The position numbers were made by a program, and so were the translations under genes. A DNA stretch of 42,338 bases from an uncultured Gammaproteobacteria bacterium (GTDB taxonomy: Bacteria > Patescibacteriota > Microgenomatia > Levybacterales > UBA12049): NCBI GenBank assembly GCA_964608945.1, contig CAZSQB010000003.1:1-42338 (forward strand). The letters are read 5' to 3'. Below, one piece after another: positions 36,324-42,338 of the stretch (position 1 is its first letter; every line of letters begins with the position of its first letter). A model generated the notes under the pieces. That model saw only the letters and a program-made list of their open reading frames with translations. It was not told the origin of the DNA and did not search any database.

Positions 36324-37193
36324 CTATTTTAGTTTCTGGTAAAAGTCAACGACGTTTTTTGCGATCTTGGATATCGTCTCCTTTGTTTCTTGTTCATCAT
36401 TGCCGATATCAGATGTCAAAACGCCGAGAAAAAAAATAGTATCACCGTTTTTGATAATGCCAACATCATGAACACTCCCTACTACGTCTCCTGTTTTGTG
36501 ATATACGACAGATCCTGGGGGGAGAAGCCTTGGCAATCGATCCTCAATGTCAGTATCCTGCATAAAGCCAAGCAGCTCCTGGCTTTTTGCTGGAGTGGTT
36601 ATTTCGTTGTTGTAGATTTTCTTAAACAAAAGATACATGTCATAGGCTGACGTTTGATTTGTGGCCATATTTGTCTGGGTAAGGCCAAGCTGATCGATCG
36701 TTTTTTGTATATTATCCTCGCCAATCTTATTGCCGATGATATGGGCAGCGGTATTGTCGGACTGGTTGAGCGCGAGCTTTGCAAGGGTTTTTAGCGAATA
36801 GGTGCTGCCTGGTTTTTGGTAGCGAAGCGAGCCTGTTCCATAGTCTTGGATATCAACCTCTTGCAGGGTTATTTGTTCATCAAGACGTATTTTTCCTTTA
36901 TTTTCCAAGTAGTAAAGCGTCGCGACGATTGGAACCTTGTGGATTGACGCGCCGGTAAAAAGTTCTTTTTCAGAAATACCAAAGGTATCACCTGTTGTAA
37001 GGTTAGCAAAATAGATGCCGTAATTGCCTTTTTTGTCTTTGATAACAGCGCTGACTTCTTTTTTAAGGTCGTTGGCATACGTTTTGGGATTTGAAAGAAC
37101 AACAAAGCGGGGAAGGAAGGGTAGGTTCCGGCCAATTAATAAAACAATAAGAGTGTAAACAATAATCGTAAATGCTTTCCGTAACGAATACAT
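36324..37193 (-). CDS. Class A beta-lactamase-like serine hydrolase (Beta-lactamase2 family), membrane anchored
   Basis: ASIHK (SxxK), SDN, HKTG, HDVGII. Confidence 0.88.
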   Translation of the reverse strand: MYSLRKAFTIIVYTLIVLLIGRNLPFLPRFVVLSNPKTYANDLKKEVSAVIKDKKGNYGIYFANLTTGDTFGISEKELFTGASIHKVPIVATLYYLENKGKIRLDEQITLQEVDIQDYGTGSLRYQKPGSTYSLKTLAKLALNQSDNTAAHIIGNKIGEDNIQKTIDQLGLTQTNMATNQTSAYDMYLLFKKIYNNEITTPAKSQELLGFMQDTDIEDRLPRLLPPGSVVYHKTGDVVGSVHDVGIIKNGDTIFFLGVLTSDIGNDEQETKETISKIAKNVVDFYQKLK

Positions 37194-37198
37194 AGCAT

Positions 37199-38731
37199 CT
37201 AATATACTACTTCAGAGCGTGGTCTGTATTGCAAGGCTTCGGCGATGTGCTGGGTTTTAATTTTATCTGTGCCTTCAAGATCAGCGATCGTACGAGCAAG
37301 CTTTATTGTTCGGTGATACGAACGCGCAGAGAGTTGCATTTTTGCGGCAGCAAGGCGGAGTAAGGACAAGCAATCTTCTGAGAGTTGGCAAAACTGCTTG
37401 ATATCTCTCGTCGTTAATTCGGCATTGGCTGTAATTGTCGTTTTTGCAAAGCGTTTGGTCTGTCTGTCTCGCGCTTTCTGAACGCGCTTTCGTATGTCTC
37501 TTGATGATTCTGAAGCCGTGTCTTTGTTCGTCGTTAATTTCTCTACTCGTACTGCGGGAACATCAAGGTGTATGTCTATTCTATCAAGGAGCGGGCCTGA
37601 GACTTTCTTTCTGTATCTTTGGATCTGCGTTGGCGTACAGGAGCATGAGTGCGTTTTATCGCCGAAGTAGCCGCACGGGCAAGGATTTTGCGCGGCAACG
37701 AGCATGCATTTTGCTGGAAATATAGCTCTGCCGCTTGCGCGGGCAATAGAAACAATGCCGTCCTCAATCGGCTGCCGAAGCGATTCCAAAACGCTTCGGG
37801 GGAATTCAGGAAACTCATCTAAAAATAGTACACCTCGATGTGCCAGCGTTATCTCGCCTGGGCGGGGTATGCTGCTTCCGCCGATAAGCCCGATAAGAGA
37901 TGTTGTGTGGTGGGGCGCGCGGAATGGACGCGTCGTCACGACAGCTTTTTTGCCCAGTTGACCAGCAATGCTATATATCTTTGTTACTTCAAGCGCTTCA
38001 GGAAATGTGAGGCGAGGAAGAATGGATGGGAGCGTGCGCGCAAGAAGTGTTTTTCCTGCACCCGGTGGCCCTTTCATGAGGACGTTATGTGATCCAGCTG
38101 CGGAAATCTCAAGCGCACGTTTTGCGAGGTTTTGCCCCCTAATGTTTTTCATATCGAATTCATAATTCTCCTCCTCAAGATGGTCGTTTATATCTGTGTG
38201 CGGCGTTGGGGAAAGTGGAATTTGTTGGCTTAAGTGCTGGTATAGCGAAAGAAGCGTTTCTACTGGATAAATAGTCACAACATCGATGATCGCTGCTTCT
38301 TTCGCGTTCTCAGACGGCAAATAAACATGTTGCATGCCTTTCTGATGAGCAAGCGAGGCGTATGTGAGTGCACCATTTCCCCGTCTTATTCTTCCATCAA
38401 GAGACAGCTCGCCGGCAAAAAGCGCATTGCTCACGTCTGTTTTTATCTGCTCTGAGGCAATGAGAATACCAAGAGCAATCGGAAGATCGTAGGATGGGCC
38501 TTCTTTTGGTAAATCGGCAGGCGCAAGATTTACGGTAATTCGTTTGGCGGGAAAGTCAGCGCCTGAATTCTTTAGAGCCGATCGGACGCGTTCTTTGGCT
38601 TCTTCAACTGATTTATCCGGTAAGCCGACGATAGTAAAACTCGGCAAACCCTGCGAAGCAATGTCTACTTCAACTTCTATAGGCACCGCATCAAGTCCGA
38701 CAACTGCGGCAGAAAGAACCTTGGCGAGCAT
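37199..38731 (-). CDS. comM: YifB/ComM Mg-chelatase-like AAA+ ATPase
   Basis: IVGLPDKSVEEAKERVRSA, NLAPADLPKEG, GPPGAGKT, RPFRAPHHT, FLDEFPEF, NPCPCGY, SGPLLDRID, LSARSY. Confidence 0.95.
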   Translation of the reverse strand: MLAKVLSAAVVGLDAVPIEVEVDIASQGLPSFTIVGLPDKSVEEAKERVRSALKNSGADFPAKRITVNLAPADLPKEGPSYDLPIALGILIASEQIKTDVSNALFAGELSLDGRIRRGNGALTYASLAHQKGMQHVYLPSENAKEAAIIDVVTIYPVETLLSLYQHLSQQIPLSPTPHTDINDHLEEENYEFDMKNIRGQNLAKRALEISAAGSHNVLMKGPPGAGKTLLARTLPSILPRLTFPEALEVTKIYSIAGQLGKKAVVTTRPFRAPHHTTSLIGLIGGSSIPRPGEITLAHRGVLFLDEFPEFPRSVLESLRQPIEDGIVSIARASGRAIFPAKCMLVAAQNPCPCGYFGDKTHSCSCTPTQIQRYRKKVSGPLLDRIDIHLDVPAVRVEKLTTNKDTASESSRDIRKRVQKARDRQTKRFAKTTITANAELTTRDIKQFCQLSEDCLSLLRLAAAKMQLSARSYHRTIKLARTIADLEGTDKIKTQHIAEALQYRPRSEVVY

Positions 38732-38784
38732 ATTTGCTTATATCATACATCTTTTCGTAAAGGATAGAATGATAAAATTGCGAC

Positions 38785-38820
38785 TTGACATGGTGGCGAA
38801 TTAGTAATAAAATATTACTA
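38785..38820 (+). promoter_or_regulatory. vapBC promoter with an overlapping palindromic operator
   Basis: TTGACA-17-TAAAAT; inverted repeat TAGTAATA-AAA-TATTACTA at 38802-38820. Confidence 0.8.
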
Positions 38821-38822
38821 GT

Positions 38823-39128
38823 ATGAAAATAGGCATGATCACAAAACCTAATATGAAAGGGCAAATCGTTATTCCAAAAGAAATCAGGGATACGTTGAAA
38901 ATTGATCAAAATTCCTGCCTCAATATAACTCTGGCAGGTAGTGGTATTTACGTCCAGCCTGTAGATGAAGTCTATACAAAAACAGAGACAAAAAGTGCTT
39001 TTCTTGCAATGTTAGAAAAAACTAAAGGCTCTTTAGCGGAGGAGAATTGGACAGCGTGGGAGGAAAGTGAAAAAAGATACAGAAAAGGAGAGATTGCAGC
39101 AGTCAAAAAAAATAAAAAGGCGTGGTAG
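38823..39128 (+). CDS. AbrB/MazE-fold antitoxin (VapB-like)
   Basis: KGQIVIPKEIRDTLKI swapped-hairpin motif; overlaps the PIN gene. Confidence 0.85.
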   Translation: MKIGMITKPNMKGQIVIPKEIRDTLKIDQNSCLNITLAGSGIYVQPVDEVYTKTETKSAFLAMLEKTKGSLAEENWTAWEESEKRYRKGEIAAVKKNKKAW

Positions 39129-39514
39129 TCATTGACACCAATATTATTATCGATCATGTCAGAAAAACGCGCGAAGATTCATACCTCATGCGTTTGGTAA
39201 AGCAGCTCCATAAAGACGAAGTAGGGATCTCGCTTATAACCTTACAAGAATTATATCAGGGAACAAGTACGAGAAGCCTTCATGTGGTAGAAGTCTTAAG
39301 CATTATCCTTTCTCCACTTACTCTTCTACCATATACCTACGAGATAGCAAAGCTCGCTGGTGCAATTACGCGCGATAGTCAACAGCCAGTAACCTTTGTC
39401 GATGCAGCCATCGCTGCGACGGCTATCAGCAATAGCTGTACCCTTGCGACGCTCAATCCAAAAGATTTTGCTGGAATTACTAATTTGGAGTTGGTGAAAA
39501 TAAAAGAAGCTTAA
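39122..39514 (+). CDS. vapC: PIN-domain ribonuclease toxin
   Basis: VIDTNIII, TLQELYQG, VDAAIAATA, TLNPKDF. Confidence 0.9.
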   Translation: MVVIDTNIIIDHVRKTREDSYLMRLVKQLHKDEVGISLITLQELYQGTSTRSLHVVEVLSIILSPLTLLPYTYEIAKLAGAITRDSQQPVTFVDAAIAATAISNSCTLATLNPKDFAGITNLELVKIKEA

Positions 39515-39517
39515 ATC

Positions 39518-39718
39518 TCAAGCTTCCGTCTCCTTCAAACTCGATAAGTACGCCATCTTAATCTGCTCCTTGGTTAAAAATGGGTATTCTTTTAGTATCT
39601 CTTCAATCTCCATACCAGAGGCCAAAAGTTCCAATATTGACTCAACTGACATACGAGTTCCAGCAATAATCGGTTTTCCACCTAGTATTTTTGGGTCTTG
39701 GGTAATGAGCTTTTTCAT
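39518..39718 (-). CDS. DUF433 family protein
   Basis: ITQDPKILGGKPIIAGTRMSVESILELLASGMEIEEILKEYPFLTKEQI; ATG 39718 lies 6 nt after TGcTATTAT. Confidence 0.9.
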   Translation of the reverse strand: MKKLITQDPKILGGKPIIAGTRMSVESILELLASGMEIEEILKEYPFLTKEQIKMAYLSSLKETEA

Positions 39719-39793
39719 ATCAGCATAATAGCATAGAGAGAGGAGTAGGTAATCAATTAGCACGGAACCGGTGAATGCTTTATAATATAAGCT

Positions 39794-40063
39794 ATGAATG
39801 AAACTGAAGCATTGGAAAAGCGTATTGCTCAAATAGAACAGAGGAATGAGAGGGTTGAGGCAGATAAAGCATGGGAAACAAGTTGGTCAAGACGCATGCT
39901 GTTGGTTATTTTTACTTATCTTGCAATTAGCCTGTATCTCAACGCGATTCGTATTGAGAGGCCTTGGTTAAACGCAATCGTTCCTGCAATCGGGTTTTTA
40001 CTCTCAACTTTGACACTTCCTATTTTTAAGGAGTTATGGAAGAGGTACTTTTATAGAAAGTAA
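39794..40063 (+). CDS. Small two-TM membrane protein of unknown function
   Basis: RNERVEADKAWETSWSRR, two hydrophobic segments, TATAAT 7 nt upstream. Confidence 0.8.
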   Translation: MNETEALEKRIAQIEQRNERVEADKAWETSWSRRMLLVIFTYLAISLYLNAIRIERPWLNAIVPAIGFLLSTLTLPIFKELWKRYFYRK

Positions 40064-40065
40064 TT

Positions 40066-40482
40066 CTACGCTCTCTCTGCGACTCGTCGCATAACGATAC
40101 CATTTCCCCAATCTATAGTCCCATTCCCTGCTTGTCTATATACTCCTGCATCACCTCTCGTTAATACAGAACCAACATGCGATTCTCCTGATCGCAATGG
40201 ACCGCCTTTACCTACTAGGTCAATGAACCCTTCTGGAGTATAAGCTATACTTGCACGTTTTCCAGGTTTTATTTGCAGTATGCCGCCAGACAATCTTGCA
40301 CTTCCCAACTCATCATATGGTGCTCCAGGTAGAGAAAGAGGTATTTCTTGACCTTCAGAAAGGACACCTAAAGGACGAGTTCCTTCAACTGCTTTTTTAG
40401 GTCGCCCTAAAAATCCTCCTCGTCTTACCGCCGTATATTTGTACACGACTTCATATGTGTCTGCTTGTTCCAATATTCTCAC
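40066..40482 (-). CDS. Hypothetical protein (start uncertain)
   Basis: 138-aa ORF with a TTGACG-17-TACAAT promoter-like element upstream. Confidence 0.55.
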   Translation of the reverse strand: MRILEQADTYEVVYKYTAVRRGGFLGRPKKAVEGTRPLGVLSEGQEIPLSLPGAPYDELGSARLSGGILQIKPGKRASIAYTPEGFIDLVGKGGPLRSGESHVGSVLTRGDAGVYRQAGNGTIDWGNGIVMRRVAERA

Positions 40483-40683
40483 CTCACATTCTGGACAGAT
40501 ATGGTTAGCGTCTGGATTGTAGGAAGAATATTGTTCTGCGTCAATAGATTGAACTATCAGAGACTTCGTGATAAGACTGAAGTTTTATAAGCTACAGTTT
40601 ATCTCAAATTTTGCTTTTGCGTTCCATCGTTTGTAAATGAGGGCAGTCCTTGGCGAGCATACCCTCATCATAGCACGATATTT

Positions 40684-40791
40684 TTAGGAGTTATGGGGAT
40701 GAAAGTAGTCATGGAGAACCATCAGCGCAAGAAGTGTTGTCGGAAACACAACAAGCCACAAGAAAAATACGGTCGATACACCATTTGCCAT
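40684..40791 (-). CDS. 35-aa single-TM small protein
   Basis: MANGVSTVFFLWLVVFPTTLLALMVLHDYFHPHNS, preceded by a GAGGTG Shine-Dalgarno-like sequence. Confidence 0.55.
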   Translation of the reverse strand: MANGVSTVFFLWLVVFPTTLLALMVLHDYFHPHNS

Positions 40792-41079
40792 ATGCACCTC
40801 TCGTATCACAAAACTGTTGTAAATCTTGTAAGATGAGAGTAAGAATGTAGAAAGAAAGAAAAACAACAGAAAGAAAAACAACTATTGACAAATGGTGGTC
40901 TATAGTAGTACGCTGGTGTTGTTGGGTCGATGCATAGACTCTAACTTGCCGACGGAATAGTGATTCTAGAGCATTAGATCCTAAGGGACATAAAAAATTG
41001 CATGCATCGCAAGATGTAAGCAAACAAAACTCATAAAGGGATTTTGTTTCAAAGCATTTCTTTTTATGAAGTTTTAAAA

Positions 41080-41115
41080 AACAGAAAAGCCTGCCTAAAA
41101 ACGGGCTTTTTTGTT
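41080..41115. terminator. Probable bidirectional intrinsic terminator
   Basis: AACAGAAAAGCCTG-cctaaaaa-CGGGCTTTTTTGTT, just downstream of the 41125 stop. Confidence 0.7.
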
Positions 41116-41124
41116 AGGTGGCTA

Positions 41125-42069
41125 TTAGTTTCTTGTGTAGATAAGTCTTCCGCTTGGGGAGGCAGCTGTCGCGCGTGAAGAACTATAAATAGTCTGCATT
41201 CTGGCGATTGGATCATTGTCGCTCTTCTCTTTTCTTCGCAGCGGACACGTCTGCAAATGTCCATCGCGACCACGGCAGAATGCGCAGAGCAAATGCTCAT
41301 TGTTTTTCTCATCAATTGTTACATAAACGATAACATTTTGACCATCTTCCATATGTTCAAGGAAGGTATACTCACCAGGCGGAAGCTGCAGCTTTCCTTC
41401 AAGCGTAGATTCATCTCTTGGCGCGTCTTCATTTCTTTGGGCATTCTCATCGAATGGTTTTATACCGCGTTCTGCTTCGCGTCTCGCAATATCTATCATC
41501 TGATTAATTAAGGATTCACCATATGCTTCTTCCGTGTCAGCAATAATCACGGCAAGAGTATGAATGTAATTATGATCCATTAATGCTGCCTTTTTTTGAG
41601 CACGCGCAATTGCTTCTGAAACTGTCATTCCTCCATGCTTCATCCATAAGCCATGGATTTGCGCTATATCTGAATCTCCGTCTGTTTCTGAACCAAATCC
41701 TTCAGCAAGACCAAATGGCGTATTGCATGTTCCTCCAGCAACAACAACTTTAAAACGCTCAGGATTGATAGTATCTATGTGCCCCGGAAAAATAGTTCGA
41801 CCAAGCGAATTTCCTTGACGTTTAACTGAAACACCGTAGACAGGAATATTAATTTCTAGATCTCGAGCAAGTGCAACGTGCCACGCTTCGTGCCATGGGG
41901 TCTTAAGCTCATGCGGAAGGAAGGAGCGGCGTTCGTGAGGCTGTCTTAATGGTCCATAGTCGTTAATTGTTAGTCCTTCGTGAATAGCGCCGTGCGCAGA
42001 CGGGAAGGGTTCCCTAGCAACAGGGGCCATATGAGGGGAGGCAATTTGTCGTGCTAAACGACTCTCCAT
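41125..42069 (-). CDS. Stand-alone M41(FtsH)-like HExxH metallopeptidase domain with a C-terminal Cys/His zinc-knuckle-like motif
   Basis: TPWHEAWHVALA..PVYGVSV...LGRT..VAGG..AE..G..SDIAQ; CAFCRGRDGHLQTCP. Confidence 0.6.
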   Translation of the reverse strand: MESRLARQIASPHMAPVAREPFPSAHGAIHEGLTINDYGPLRQPHERRSFLPHELKTPWHEAWHVALARDLEINIPVYGVSVKRQGNSLGRTIFPGHIDTINPERFKVVVAGGTCNTPFGLAEGFGSETDGDSDIAQIHGLWMKHGGMTVSEAIARAQKKAALMDHNYIHTLAVIIADTEEAYGESLINQMIDIARREAERGIKPFDENAQRNEDAPRDESTLEGKLQLPPGEYTFLEHMEDGQNVIVYVTIDEKNNEHLLCAFCRGRDGHLQTCPLRRKEKSDNDPIARMQTIYSSSRATAASPSGRLIYTRN

Positions 42070-42165
42070 ATCAATATTATAGGCTACTTCTAGCTATAAA
42101 GCAAGTCGAAATTGCGGCTGTATTATACGCTTATTTATCTTTTGGGCAAGAGGTCTAAACTGAGG

Positions 42166-42338
42166 CTAAGAAGGGACAAGTGCATCGGTTTTTGAGGCTA
42201 GGATGAAGTCATTTAAGGATAAGCCTTTGATAGCATGGGTGGTGAGTGAGATTTTGACTTTGCGCCAGTTGTGAAGGAATATATCTGGGTGGTGACCTTC
42301 TTGTTCTGCAATATCTGCGACTTTGTTGACGAAAGCTA
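42166..42338 (-). CDS. phhB: Pterin-4a-carbinolamine dehydratase (5' end outside window)
   Basis: Manual translation: AFVNKVADIAEQEGHHPDIFLHNWRKVKISLTTHAIKGLSLNDFILASKTD. Confidence 0.9.
   Translation of the reverse strand, partial: AFVNKVADIAEQEGHHPDIFLHNWRKVKISLTTHAIKGLSLNDFILASKTDALVPS

Noticed and set aside
36324-37193. True antibiotic-resistance beta-lactamase
   Set aside because: SxxK, SDN and KTG are present, but I see no class A omega-loop ExxLN; more likely a cell-wall-related serine hydrolase.
1-42338. tRNA, rRNA or tmRNA genes
   Set aside because: No intergenic segment showed recognisable cloverleaf/T-loop or rRNA signatures by eye; tRNAscan-SE or Infernal would be decisive.

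Overview
Origin-proximal chromosomal window of a reduced-genome bacterium; gene content and style suggest Patescibacteria/CPR, probably Microgenomates (inference). It holds dnaN(partial)-oriC-dnaA, then rpmH-rnpA-yidD-yidC-jag. Next come envelope genes, a sugar-phosphate cluster (hexokinase, tal, pgk, fbp, fba) with a divergent NTPase-wHTH regulator, valS, rplY, ruvC/ruvA/ruvB, a P-type ATPase, a GT-C-like membrane protein, a serine hydrolase, comM, a VapBC pair and several small genes. Three things stand out. (1) A ~6.6 kb four-gene block splits ruvC from ruvA: a DUF1848 Fe-S protein, a helical-repeat protein translationally coupled to a SNF2-like helicase/SAM-methyltransferase fusion, and a degenerate MPG/AAG-like glycosylase. 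It is a candidate undescribed DNA modification, repair or defence system. (2) Several families of tiny palindromic and 7-9-mer repeats, some nested, invade core genes: in frame in ruvC, valS and the O-antigen ligase, and apparently frameshifting yidD. (3) Sigma70 -10 boxes lie 6-12 nt upstream of many start codons, implying widespread leaderless or near-leaderless mRNAs. All family assignments come from motif recognition by eye; no searches were run.
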